Positions 36,708 to 49,430 of a DNA stretch of 64,000 nucleotides are shown one piece after another. Source of the DNA: Entomortierella parvispora E1425 (taxonomy: Eukaryota > Fungi > Mortierellomycota). Positions within the stretch are counted from its first letter, which is position 1. Every line of letters begins with the position of its first letter. The notes beneath the pieces are model-generated. The model ran no database searches. It saw nothing but the letters and a program-made list of their open reading frames with translations, and was not told the origin of the DNA. A program made the translations under genes and the position numbers. The stretch lies in assembly GCA_020891255.1 (NCBI GenBank), contig BQFW01000015.1, forward strand, positions 248,001-312,000, read 5' to 3'.

Positions 36708-38051
36708 ATGAACAGCATGTTGAAACTCACCTGTCTTTTGGAAGGACGATCCACATCAAGATCTTTCCCTACGTATATGGGTTCGAACAGTAGGGTTTTT
36801 GATCTCGAACAACATCTCCTGGCCTTTATTGACCAGAAATACATTCCTCGAGGAGGACCACGCAATACACCCATCCTGTGGATCACGAACCTCGGCAAGG
36901 TCAGACAAGCCTCCAGCCTCTCTCTTGATTCACTGCCTGACAAGAAAAGGCTGTGGGATCCAACCCAACCCCTTTCTACCCTGCCGCAAGGCACAGCCAT
37001 CCTCGTTCAGCTGGCACAGAAGGGTAACGTTGTGCCTGATCTTTTACTTTGTCCTGAAGACTGTTCTTCGCAGAATTGACACTGCCTTGCTGTATTTCAA
37101 TTTCTCTGCTCTCAGATGTCCCGATTGTAGCCGCCTCTGGCCCCGCATCCTCCACAAGCGCTGGCGGTCAGTGTAAGTCTTCGTGTCTTCGTTGACTCGG
37201 CTTTAATTTTATCTGCTCGCCTGACCTCTGGCATCACTCTTGCTATTCTCCAGCACTTTCAATCTCCCGCGCAATGATATTAACTTTATACACGTTTTGG
37301 AATCCCATATCTTGCAGCGACCAGCGAAGCAGGGATATTAAAGAAGACGCTCCCGGACCTGATGTACGACCGCTATAGGGAACCGTCGAACGCCAGCACC
37401 ATCAGCTCCTTCAGACGGGTCCCAATGTCGGTCAAAAACTGGTCAAGCTTTCGATCGGCAGCAACATCCGCATCGAAAAAGTACTCCACAGAACAAAAAT
37501 TTGATGACAGTCGATTCGCGTTTATCAACGATACCACCCATATATCGGACGAAACGAGCGTCGCCGGTGTGGTATTTTCGGATGTGCTCCGTTTGCTTAA
37601 TATCCTTCTGGCCCCCGAATTCGCTTTCGTACAATCTTCAGCGACGAATATAGCAGGCCGGCCAGATTTTGTAGGCAAGACATACTCATATCAAGCGAAG
37701 GTCTTGATTGAAGTCAAGACGAAATGGGTATTGGGGTGCGAGGACCTCGTGAAGAAGTACAACAATGACAAGGGGTTAGATGCAAGGGGATATTCTTCAA
37801 GCTCTGTGCTACTAGCACTCCAGCAGATATTCGGATACCTTGCAATTAACGAACTCGAGTACGGTGTACTTACAACCTATGAGCAAACTTGGTTTGTAAA
37901 GCGGGTAGGGGAAACCCTGCTGGTATCACCCCCCATCCGCCACAAAGACAGCTCTCTGACAGTACTGCAGTGCTACAAATTCATTGTAGATCTTGCACTC
38001 AAGGACCCCCCCTCTTCGTTCTCTTCGTACTTCTCCTCACTCATGTTCTAG
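36708..38051 (+). CDS. Crinkler-like effector B: Ubl header + PD-(D/E)xK REase, no kinase (368 aa)
   Basis: Exons 36708-37023, 37116-37172 and 37318-38051. Header LTCLLEGRSTSRSF...PILWITNL...ILVQ. Nuclease GRPDFV...IEVKTK...LQQIFGYL...YGVLTTYEQTWF. Confidence 0.8.
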
Positions 38052-38299
38052 TCCATTCCCACCCGAAAGCTTTGGTACGGATGGCAAACTCAAAAATCGA
38101 ATTTTAATGGGAAAGGATGGATGAACAAAGAGCTCTTTCAACAAACCCAAACGACATTGGGAAGCAATAAAAAGATGACATGGCCTTTTTTTTATATATA
38201 TTGGCAAAGGGCCTATAGAAATGTGACCTAACCCACTGTTTCAACCGCATGCTTCTGCATCCAGAGCCGTGCGCGACCGTTGCGTCGCTCTCCTTTTTT

Positions 38300-41200
38300 T
38301 AAAAAAAGAGAACCGAGGTCTAGGTCGCCTCACGACAATAAAAATTTACAGTTCTCATCCTTTCCATCACTGCTGTGCTGGTCGTCGCCGACCGAGATAT
38401 GTGTCCAGCAGGATTATATCCGCTTCGATGGCTGCCCGTAAAACCGGGGCAATTGTTCGTGTGTTTGTCTAGTAATTGTCCGATTTACACTCATCCTCCG
38501 GGGGTGGTGCTCCGACCCAAGTTCGCCACGGCTTGGCTTGCGCGCCTTGTTGTCTCGGTTGTAGTGTTCTCTTCATCTTCTTGGTGATTGCTTGTTCTTT
38601 TTTCATTGCAACCTGTCTATTGCAACGGTCCAGCCAGACTGCCTCTCGGATACCTTCCTCGAGAGCGCGGCAGAAACGATGGACGAAGTTTTGGGCCGTG
38701 GTGATGTTGGTCTTGAAGAGCTTGCTCCACACTTGGGTCAGGCTGTGAGGTGAGATCCCTCTATACAGGTCAGCCACCTTCCATTACTAAAGTACCCTTT
38801 CCGCCACTGTCTGAGCGGCTTTCCGGACATCCAACCGAGCACGATCCACTGCTCCCGTTATGTGTTGTAATGTGGTCCAGACGGCGCGGTCGCTGGGTAC
38901 GGGTATTTTAGGGGCTGCCTTGGTGAAAGGTAGATGGTTCCGTATGTGACGATCTCGCTCTTTTGCCCATGTTCTCCGTAAGCGCGACTCTTCCAGATGT
39001 GCCCATTTGGCAATAGCCTCTACAGTATAGTCTTGGTCCAGACCTTCCGTTCTGCTGCAATCGCATCGCAGCTCCACAAGTGTTCATTGCTCTCCTCCTG
39101 GTCCTCGCAACAAGGGCAAAGAGCATTGGAGTAGATGTTTGGGCGACGGGTGTATTGGAGATCTTGGGTTGGGAGCGTTCCGCACAGCTTCTTGACTCGA
39201 TGACTGCGTAGCTACGAGTCTCTTGGTGAGGTGTAAAAGGATCCTGCGTTGTTATTGTTGTGCACAATGTCCAGGGTGGACTGCCAGTGTATGTCGCTGC
39301 TGTCCAGGTTCATTTCTTTGGTTTGCTTAAGTGCCATCCATGAACCATGGTCCCTGATGCACGATTGATGGCGAACTAGGCGGCGGACGTCTGTGTAAAT
39401 ATTTGTCTGTAAGAATTGTGCCCCAAACTGGAAGTCTTGTTGGTGCGACTGATTGATTGTCCACTGAGTCTGATGTTTGTGCATCAACAGCAGCCCTGTC
39501 TGCCTCCTCGTTTCCTGGGTCGCCACTATGTCCTTTTACCCAGCAGACCTCAATCGCACCTTGTCTTATGTTGCATGCCTGGACAATGACAGTCCACTGG
39601 ATCGCATGGTTGCATCTCATCTTCTCTGCGGTAGTTGCCCTATCTCTGTGTTTAACCAATTTGCTGAAGTTGTTGACGACAGCGAGGTTGTCCAAGTGTA
39701 TAATATGTTCTGCTGCTGGTGCGGCGACTATGACTGCGTGGAGCCCCATGAGTTCCGCCGCTGTTGAGGATGAGAAGCCTTGAAGACGTCCACTTATTCG
39801 AAGGGGCGTGTCTGGGGCAACTGTGGCAACTCCAAGCGCCATGCTTCTATACACAGTGCCTGCACGGATGAGTGATTCATCGGTGTATTTATGTCTTGCT
39901 GCGGGTGCGGGTGGGCTAATCTGAGCCTCAGTGATCGCGTTGGTTGTTGCTTGGTCTACCAGTAAGGATCCCATTGCCACCCTTTCACTGCCTGCTGCGG
40001 GGATAGTTGCTTGAACAAGGGTGCGTTCTGGTGCTCTCTGTTATCTGAGGAAGGCCGTAGTAGCCCTTCTGCGGTCTCCGGAGGTTGTAGCTCCGATCAG
40101 ATAGGAAGCATGGTCGTGATTTGGGGTCGGTGCTCGTTCAAGTTACTGTGGTGACTGTGCTCGGTCTGGCTCTGGCTCGGAGTCCTGGTCCTGTGCCGAC
40201 TCAGGGTCTTGATCTGACAAAAACGAGAATGAAATGGGTGAACTGGAACGGCCATCTATTAAGGATGGGGATGTCAAGGATGAATAGTGGTCATGTGTGA
40301 AAGGTAAGGATGAAAGTGTTCGTGTGGTGAAAGGAAGGGTGATGAAGAAGGGGGGGAGGAGAAGGAGTGGAGTATGATGAAGAAGTGGAAGAAGAAGAAA
40401 AGTAGAAAAAAGTGGTGTAGGGGTTTGTTGTGCTCCCCCTTGCTCATTTATGGTGAGCATTTGTTTCTTTTGGACAGTTGTTCTTTTTTTCTTTGCCCTT
40501 TTCTCTCTTTTTTTGTTCTTTCTGCGACCTTGTTGTGTGATCACTGTCACTGTTACTGTCACCTTCATACTCACCTGGCGACTGAGGGTCGGTTGCAACG
40601 TTGCCATCCTTGGCCTGTTGTGTTTGTCCCAGACACTCTGTTGAGAGCAGTCGCGAGTCTAAATTGCTGCAGTTCGGTTGGGAAGGGTCCTCCAAGGCCA
40701 AGTACTGCACATTGCGTTGAGATATAGAAGAAAAAAAAAAACCTCCCCAAAGGAATAAACATCCTCCGAGGACTCCCAAACGGGTTCGGATTCATTGGCC
40801 TCATGAAGATAGTCTACGACCAAAGTGATTCCGCTGTGTTTTCTTTTTCCAATTCTCTTATCATGTCCTCTCTTGTTCGTGCCAAATCTGTCCCGTTGGC
40901 TGTGTTTTTTGTGGGATCTTTTGCTCAAGTCTATATTAATGTTGTGGGTCTCTATGAGGCCCGCAGTTGTCAGTTTGGCGGTGATGTGCTCCTACCATGT
41001 TTGGGGTGTTCGAGTTCGAATAGAATGCTGCTATCTGACTTCTGCCCATGTGATAGCCTTCCTGTCATCAGTTAACACCTCGTCCAGATAGAGGAGGCCT
41101 GCTTTTTTCAGTTGCTTTCGAGCCTTGGCGAACTCCTGTACTGTGAATAGGTTTGTTATTGGGTGTGGGTAGAAGCTTAGGTATCTCTGGTTCATGAGTC

Positions 41201-42200
41201 CACGTATTCGTCTTATAACATTGTGTTTGTCTCCTGTCGATCCAATATCAGGTCTCTCGACTGGGTGTTGCGCGATGCCTAATTGACTTGTAGTGCTCGC
41301 GACCTTGATCTGGTGAGTTGTCCAATTTTCGGAGGCCTCGATTCTTAAGACGCGAGTGTAATGGGCCAATGTGCTCCTCTGCCTCTGATTCCACCAGTCG
41401 TCGTATTCCATAGAACCGGCGGTAATGGAGGAGAGCGTATAGTGTGCCCTTCGCAAGGCCTGCCTTTTTCCGTACGGCCTCCGTGTATTTTCCTGTAAGT
41501 CGTCTTGCTTCCGATGGCGACAGAACTGTAAGTGATAGGCTGTAGTTCATCCTCGGAAGAAATACGTTGTTCACGATATACAAGGCCTGGCGGTCAGTGA
41601 CAGCTTTCCTATTCAGGATGGCATCGACGGTGTCGATTTCCTCCATGACTAGTTCTTTCGTCTTTTTATTGTTACCGTCTGCGGCAATCCAGGCTCCCAG
41701 GATCCTTATTGCGACACTCTTGTGAGTTGGTTTGATGCTCTCTGGTGGCTGTCGAACTGTAATGTTGGTGTTTCTACTTCTGTGCTGTTGAGCGCCATTC
41801 CGACTGTGCTTGTCGCGTTGACTTGGATGTCGTGTAGTGAGAAAAGTGACATCGATATGTCTAGGATGCTCTGTATGTTGTGTTTGTTGTTTGAGATCCA
41901 GTGCGTGTCATCCACGAATGCAAGCCCTGATACCATTGGGGGCGACAAGTCCGGTTCTGATTCCGTTGGTTGTGGAGTCATTTATCCTGCTTGCAGTTTG
42001 TCTACTGCACAGAGAAGGGGGTCATATGCAATGCGCCACATCAACGGGCACTCAAGCCCTCCTTGGTCCAGGCCACCTTCAACGCGGTACGCCTCTAATG
42101 CAAGAGGAGTGGTGATGGATGTCACTTGTTGATTGTGCAATTGTGGCTGGTCAGTTTGGCAGCTTAGGAGTCGTTTCTCTAGGCGTCCAGGGATGTAGGG
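38300..42200 (-). mobile_element. Decayed, 5'-truncated non-LTR (LINE) retrotransposon with RT, RNase H and C-terminal CCHC finger
   Basis: RT motifs GLDQG...PLMWRIAYDP and LAFVDDTHWIS, and RILGAWI. RNase H YTDES...AELMGL...HLDNLAVV...WVKGHSGDPGNEEADRAA. Zn finger CPCCEDQEESNEHLWSC. Many frameshifts and stops. Ends approximate. Confidence 0.85.
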
Positions 42201-42394
42201 AAGTTGAGCACCTAAATGGGTTTATCGCAGGGCAGGGCAATGCACCTGGTCGTGGTCCAAAAAAATTCACTTTTTATTTTCTGGACTGCTTTTGTTACGC
42301 CCTGCCGCCCTTGGCGCCACCCCATCATCGTCACACTATATCCCAAAAGTGCTTCCATAGTTGGTCTACATGTACATGTTCAAGGACTTGCGCT

Positions 42395-45148
42395 TTAGAT
42401 GCCCATGTCGTCCTCTGAGTCCAAACTTTGACCGGAAGCGTCTCCTGGTCATGAACATGGCCTCTTTCGTGGGTCGTGTACTCGTACTGATAGGGCTCAT
42501 ATTGCAGCTGTTCCTTGTCCTGCCGCAACTGTTTTCGGTGGTCCTTTCTATGAAAAAGGCTGTGATGGAGGTGAGCCTTGTGATGTTGCTCTTGTTTTTG
42601 CTGTTGCTGTTGCTGCTGTTATTGCTGCTGCTGTTATTGCTGCTGTTGCTGCTGCTGCTGTTGCTGCTGCCGTTGCGGTTGCTTCATCTGCTCTTCTTTT
42701 TTTTGCGTTTTTCCTCTCCTTCTTTAGAGGCTTGGTGATCCGCTTCATCGCTTTCTTAAATCCGTGGTTAGAGGACTAGCAGGAACGATGGTCGCAGTTG
42801 AGGTTGCTAATGCAGGTCATTCAAGTGGTGAGTCCATGATCACCTCGGGCGACAAGTTTGCCTCCTCGTGCCCAGTGTTCTCCTTTTGAACCAGCCCCTG
42901 CTCTTGCTGATGTACAGTTTGCTGCTCTTGCACAGGTGAATCCATTTGCGCCTCCTCCTCCTTTTCTTGATCACGCTCACACTGAGGCGCGAACTGGTGT
43001 TCAAGAGGGGAGTTCGCATGCACCTGGATCTCCTCTTGAATTGGCTCTTGCCGAGATGCAACATGCTGTTCAGGAAGGGGCGAATCCTGTTGCTCTAGCT
43101 CCTCGGCGTGATCCTGTTCAGGATGCGCTGTGACCTGATGTTCTTGAAGCGACAAAGTCTCGTGCACAGGATTATCCTCTTGCGCCTGCTCTAGCTGAGG
43201 TGCACTCTGTTGCTCCTGTAGGGAAGAATCCTCGTGCACTTGGTCCTCTTCCTCGACATCTCGTTCTTGCTGATGCACAGCCTGAGATTCTCGCAGAGTC
43301 GAGTCCTTCTGTATAGGCTCCTCTTCTGGAGCTTGCTCCTGCTCAGTGACAACATGCTGCTCTTGCAAGAGCGAATCGGGGCAAATGTTTTCTGCCTGTT
43401 GTTCCTGGTCTTGCAATGGAGCAGTTTGAACCTCTTGTAGGGGCACGTCCTGACGCTCAAGGTCCTCCACTTGCTCGTGTTCAAGTTGGGGCGTAACCTG
43501 CTCTTCCTGCAAAGACGAATCCTGTTCCTGGCATAGCTCAGGTGCAATTTGATATTCTTGCAGGTGCAAGTCCTGATTAACTTGCTCCTCGACATGCTCT
43601 GGGTCTTGCTGAAGGGTAGTCAGGTGCTCTTGCGGAGGGGAATCTTGATGAGCTTTCTCCTCTTCCGGCTCCTCCTGGTCTTGCAAAAGTGCAATCTGTT
43701 CCTCTTGCTGGGGCGTATCCTGGCTCTCTTCCATAGATGCATCATGATGTTGTTGTAGAAGTGCACCCTGATAGTCTTGCAACGGCGAATCCTGGTCCTC
43801 CTGCAAAAGAGACTGTGCCCGCTGCGGAAGCTGAGCCATCAATTCTGGCTCTGCCTGAGGGGCAGAATGGGGTGCATCACTAGTAGCCTCATCAATGGCC
43901 ACGGTGCTGCTGTTCACAACTTCCTCTGCAGAGGTCGCCGGCACGCCGGGAACAGTGCACGAAAAGCTCTCCTCAACAGGTTCAGGTTCTTCGTCAAAGT
44001 CAGAGTCATCCTCGTCCAAGATGGCCTGCACATGTCGCACTTTGACCGACGCCCTGGCTTCGCCCACCAGGACAGTCTTATCACCGGGTACGATACCTCC
44101 CAGCCAGACTCCCTGTTCGAATTTTTGCTCGTCCTTTTGTTCCAGTTCTTCCTCTGACTGCTGCGCTTCTTCATCAGGCTGGCACAGGCGCGCTTCTTCT
44201 TCCTGATACTCTTGCTCGCGCTCCATTTGATGAGTAGACTCCTCGGGCACCGAAACAGGGGCAGAGTCGAAAGCCAAGAGAGAGGTTGACTCCTCTGCAG
44301 GAGAAAACTGGCTGCTCCGATGGGACATAAGCTGATGCCTCCACTGGGGCGGGGGTCAACTCCTCTGCTGAAAATGCAGTTGGCGCCTCCACTAAGGCTG
44401 CACGGACAAAAGTCGTCTCCTCCATTGGGACAAAGATCAGCTCTTCTTCCGTGTCGACAGATGGCTCTTCCACTGGCTCCGATGCGATTGGTACCGTTGT
44501 TTCCTCTACGAAGTCAGAAACTGGAGGGTTCTCTTGGACAAAAGTTGACTCGACCACTGGAACCAATGGGGCGGAAGTCAACTCCTCTGCGGGGACAGTT
44601 GCTGGGACCTCTGTTGGGGTGGAATCCAGGATCAGAGCAGGGCCGACAAGATCGAGGAATGTAGGCGTAGTTGCTGCCACCGTCGTCCGAGTTGGGGTTT
44701 CCATCACCCATGGTGCTGGGATGACAATAGATGCGGTAGTAGCAATAATAGCCTCGTCGATCGACCGCGCAACTGGAACAGCAGGGGCTGGGCTCGCCAT
44801 TGGAGTTGGAGCCATAATCTCAAAAGTAGGGACCGCAGCCGGAGCCGCTGAACAGGTGTCAGTCTTGAATGCATCGGTTGCTGGAATATTCGTAGGCATA
44901 TTGGCCTCAGAGACTGGGGCAGCGACCGAAAATGGGGAGGGAGTTGGTGCCTGGACCCTGGCGGCTGGGCTATCTTCGTCAGTAACAGCTGCAATGGGAG
45001 GAGCTCGAGCTATTGTGTGGACTTGGGCCGTAGTTTCAAACACTGGGACTGCACTCGGGGCTGGAGAGGAAGCCAAGGCACGAACACGAGCGGCCTGAAC
45101 GGAAACAGGTGCAGCATCAAAGACTGCAACGGCGACCGGGGCTGGAGT
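42395..45148 (-). pseudogene. Inverted, diverged copy of the 3' part of the ATG4 last exon (corresponds to about 32295-35039)
   Basis: Colinear translation (MPTNIPATDAFK..., EEDQVHEDSSL..., YTTHERGHVHDQETL) with frameshifts, e.g. a 2-nt deletion near 44297. 5'-truncated, with no protease domain. Confidence 0.85.
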
Positions 45149-45524
45149 CTGGAAAATCTATCGCCTGTTTTTTTTTGTTGATAGAACAAAGGCAATGTAA
45201 GTTGTGTCAGAATACATTGCTGTAAACAAAGGGAAGGGGAAAATGATCGCTCGCATGCGCATGACATGCCATTGTGCCTGTATTTTCAGCTAACCAGTTA
45301 CGGCCGATATCTCGAGAGCACGTGATCAATTCATATTTTTACGTATGATGTGGAAAAATGCCAAGACTCGAGCAATTGGGCCACTGTCCCTCACCCAGCT
45401 CCTTCTCCTTCTCCTCCTCCTCCCTCTCCTTCCTCTTCGTTGTCCTCCACATTCCTTCTCAACTCTTCTGTACAAACAAACTCGTCTTCAGCTCCTTATA
45501 ATTACATCCGCTTGTACTTCCACC

Positions 45525-47451
45525 ATGAATAGCATGTTGAAACTCACCTGTCTTTTGGAAGGACGATCCACATCAAGATCTTTCCCTACGTATATGGGTT
45601 CGAACAGTAGGGTTTTTGATCTCGAACAACATCTCCTGGCCGTTATTGACCAGAAATACATTCCTCGAGGAGGACCACGCAATACACCCATCCTGTGGAT
45701 CACGAACCTCGGCAAGGTCAGACAAGCCTCCAGCCTCTCTCTTGATTCACTGCCTGACAAGAAAAGGCTGTGGGATCCAACCCAACCCCTTTCTACCCTG
45801 CCGCAAGGCACAGCCATCCTCGTTCAGCTGGCACAGAAGGGTAACGTTGTGCCTGATCTTTTACTTTGTCCTGAAGACTGTTCTTCGCAGAATTGACACT
45901 GCCTTGCTGTATTTCAATTTCTCTGCTCTCAGATGTTCCGGTTGTAGCCGCCGCCTCTGGCCCCGCATCCTCCACAAGCGCTGGCGGTCAGTGTAAGCCT
46001 TCGTGTCTTCGTTGACTCGGCTTTAATTTTATCTGCTCTCCTGACCTCTGGCGCTCACGCTCGCTATTCTCCAGCACTTTCAATCTCCCGCGCAATGATA
46101 TTGACTTTATGCACGTTTTGGAATCCCATATCTTGCAGCGACCAGCGAAGCAGGGATATTAAAGAAGACGCTCCCGGACCTGATGTACGACCGCTATAGG
46201 GAACCGTCGAACGCCAGCACCATCAGCTCCTTCAGACGGGTCCCAATGTCGGTCAAAAACTGGTCAAGCTTTCGATCGGCAGCAACATCCGCATCGAAAA
46301 AGTGCTCCACAGAACAAAAATTTGATGACAGTGAATTCCGGTTTGTCAACCGCAACGCCCAAATCTCGGATGAAACGAGCCTCGCCAGTGTGATGTTTTC
46401 GGATGTGCTCCGTTTGCTTAATGACCTTCTGGCCCCCGAATTCGCTTTTGTGTATTCTTCAGCGACGAATGTAGCAGGCCGGCCAGATTTTGTGGGCAAG
46501 ACACACCCGTATCAAGCGAGGGTCTTGATTGAAGTCAAGACGAAATGGGTATTGGGGTGCGAGGACCTCGTGAAGAAGTACAACAATGACATAGCATCAA
46601 TCGCTGCTGGCCTTGAACCTAGGAACCCTATCTGGCCCTACGTTCTGCAAATGTTCTTGTATCTCTCACTTAACCGACTCAGGTACGGAGTCTTAACAAC
46701 TTATGAACAAACCTGGTTTCTAAGGCGAGACGAAGGAGTGCTGCATGTGTCCCCCGCAATCCGTCACCACGACACTTTGCCGACGGTGCTTCAATGCTAC
46801 AAGCACATTGTGGATTTGGCGAACGAGGATCACATATCTGCGCCTGCTCCTTTGACCCTCTCTTTGAATGGTCAGCATGTTCGTCGACAGGATTTCCAGA
46901 AAATCGACTCGAACAAACTAGAAGCTCAGGAGTCTCTCGGTCTTCAGCAAGTTGACTTAGGCGAGTTTGAACTTCAGGAGGTTATTGGAGAGGGCCGGTC
47001 TGGCCGCGTATTTCGTGCATTTTGGCGTGACAAGCCAGTGGCATTGAAAATCTGTGATTTGTACAAGAATCCCAAATATGAGGAGGAAATACTTACAGAG
47101 GTGGCTGTCTACCAAGCTCTTGAGTCCCTTCAAGGAATTTACGTCCCTCGCCTTCGGATTGTTGGATATGACGGTGGCCTGTTTGCTTTTGCAATGGATA
47201 TGGCTGGATCTCCTGTGGAAGTGGAGAGCTTGAGTGATGCGGATCGCTTGAAGATTGTTCAATGTTTGACGGAAATCCACCGACATGGAATCCTCCACAA
47301 CGACATTCGTCGTGAGAACATTCTTGTTTGCCGTGAAAGTGGTCGACTTCAAGTCCGTTTTATCGACTTCGCATCATCGAAGGCACATAGCAATGAGCAT
47401 GAAATGGAGAGAGAGATGACCATGTTGAGGCGTCTACTTGAAATGGACTGA
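45525..47451 (+). CDS. Crinkler-like effector C: Ubl header + REase + protein kinase (562 aa)
   Basis: Exons 45525-45840, 45933-45992 and 46139-47451. Header nearly identical to B. GRPDFV...IEVKTK. Kinase GEGRSGRVF, VALK, HNDIRRENIL, IDFA. Confidence 0.88.
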
Positions 47452-47699
47452 ACACTTGGCCCGTCAATATCTGGATGGAGAGGGTAAAGGTATTAGGACC
47501 ACCTGCAATTCTTTTACCAGAAAGACAGAAAAAAGGTCTGTGGGTCTTGAGCTACAAATCCGGAGAAATAAATGATCAATGACATTTCCTTGTTAATCCA
47601 TGAGAACAATGTCCGACAATATACACTGTATCAGCATGGCAGAGCTGACCACTGCTCAGCTATGCCATGGAATACAGAGTCAGAAAACACTCGCCCTCA

Positions 47700-48120
47700 A
47701 CGCCCTCAACTACGAGGAATCTGTCCAGAAACTGCTCATCTCCTCCACCTCTGTTCATTCGTTGTAGCCTTCAGGATCTGGCTTGGCAAGAGCTCCAGCC
47801 CCTCCGAGGCATCATTTATCCCTCGTTTCAGGACGGCCGAATATGACGGGGGTATGTTTGCGCTTGCAGTGGAAAATTTTGGGTCTCCTGGGTAAGTAGA
47901 CAGCTTAGGCGACAAGGATCACTTGCAGATTATGGACAGTTTGACCGGACTCCACCAGTTTTGAGTCCCTCACAACGACATTCGTGTTTCCTGCATTTTT
48001 GTTTGGCGCGACGACTATGGCCTTCAGGTGCGCTTTGTGGACTTTGGACAAGCAGAGCCATCGACCCATGAACATAGAGGGAGATGACGACTTTGAAGCA
48101 TTTACTTGGAATGGCTTGAA
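47700..48120 (+). pseudogene. Decayed copy of the Crinkler kinase module
   Basis: IPRFRTAEYDGGMFALAVE...HNDIR...QVRFVDFG with in-frame stops. Confidence 0.7.
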
Positions 48121-48319
48121 CATTTGCCAAGATGAGACCAGAGTATTTTGAAGTGCGCACAACTCTAGGCATATCACTATACATCCATCTTTCTCTTACA
48201 TATCGGCACTCTTTAATGAAAAGAAAGGGGTTCAGAGCCTCAAAGCAATATCAAAACCAGCAATTCAGAGAAATAAATAACAAAACATAGCACAGAAGGT
48301 CGGGGAAGTTCAATGGTGT

Positions 48320-49325
48320 CTTTATTTCTCATATTTCAACATCTATCGCAAATACCATGGACTCTGTCTCTGTTTGTGCTGAATGTCCCGTCCCTTTCCA
48401 CATCGCTTACCTTCAGTCCAAGATCGCCGTTGTTACCTTAAAAAAAAGGACGCTCTATGCCCTATTTGAGATCTAAACGGTAATGGTTAGAGAAATAGCA
48501 GACCACACAGCATCTCATTCTGTTATTACATATAGGCCCCCAGTAATACCGACAGCCACAGCCATTTTATGAGGCTCATAGTCACCACACCATCCCTGTA
48601 GAGATGGCTCTGGCTGCCACTTGAAAGCCCGAGTGGACAGCAGCGCGAAGCATTGCCTAAGCCACCCATGGACCTTGACAAGAGGCGGACAAGACACGTT
48701 ACATGAGTGGTGACTAGAGGGTATGGCGACTCGGTGTCCGCTCTTATGTCCTGCTCACGGACCCACAGGGGTCCTTGGCGAGAAGTGAATGCCGAGCAAG
48801 GAAAAAAATGTAAAGGATGTTCAGTCATAGAGAGGGATTATGGTTGTTCTCGTTCCTCATTTCTCAATCCCTCCTGGACTGACGAGTCTGATGGTGAACA
48901 TGCGAATTGGCTGACGCAAGGAGTCGGAATGGACAGCCAGCGCAATGACTAAGCCTGTTGCCACGCATGGACCCATTGAGCAATCAAGGCTCATGTTCAA
49001 ATTCATACATTCCGAAGGAATGAATGAACCCAGCTCAACATCCAATCAAAGCCAACATTCCTATGCTCGACACTCGTGCACGACGTACTGCTAATCCCAC
49101 CATTACCTTTTTTGCTTGAATGGAGGCTGAAGGGTGAAGAAGGAAAAGGGCGAGGCAGTGGACTGGTGAGAAAGGAGAAAGGACAACAACCGTTGGACAA
49201 AACGCGCGTTTTTTCAGCTGCGCGCCCGAGCCAATTGCACGTGACCTGGTTCGTTTTCACGTCGTCTTCAAAAGCGCGCTGATGGATGACATGCATCTTC
49301 CTTCACCACTCTCTTTCCATTCTGA
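48320..49325 (+). repeat. Dispersed approx. 0.95-kb repeat, copy 2 (upstream of Crinkler F)
   Basis: Colinear with 20115-21093. Ends about 105 bp before ATG 49431. Contains the palindrome AAAACGCGCGTTTT and CACGTG. Confidence 0.9.
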
Positions 49326-49430
49326 ATTATTCATGGCTCCTTCTCCGCTCAAAATTTCTTCTCAGCCACTCAACACTACCCAATCAATCCATACCTCCAC
49401 ACCAACATCTGCCCCCATTGTGCTATCGCC

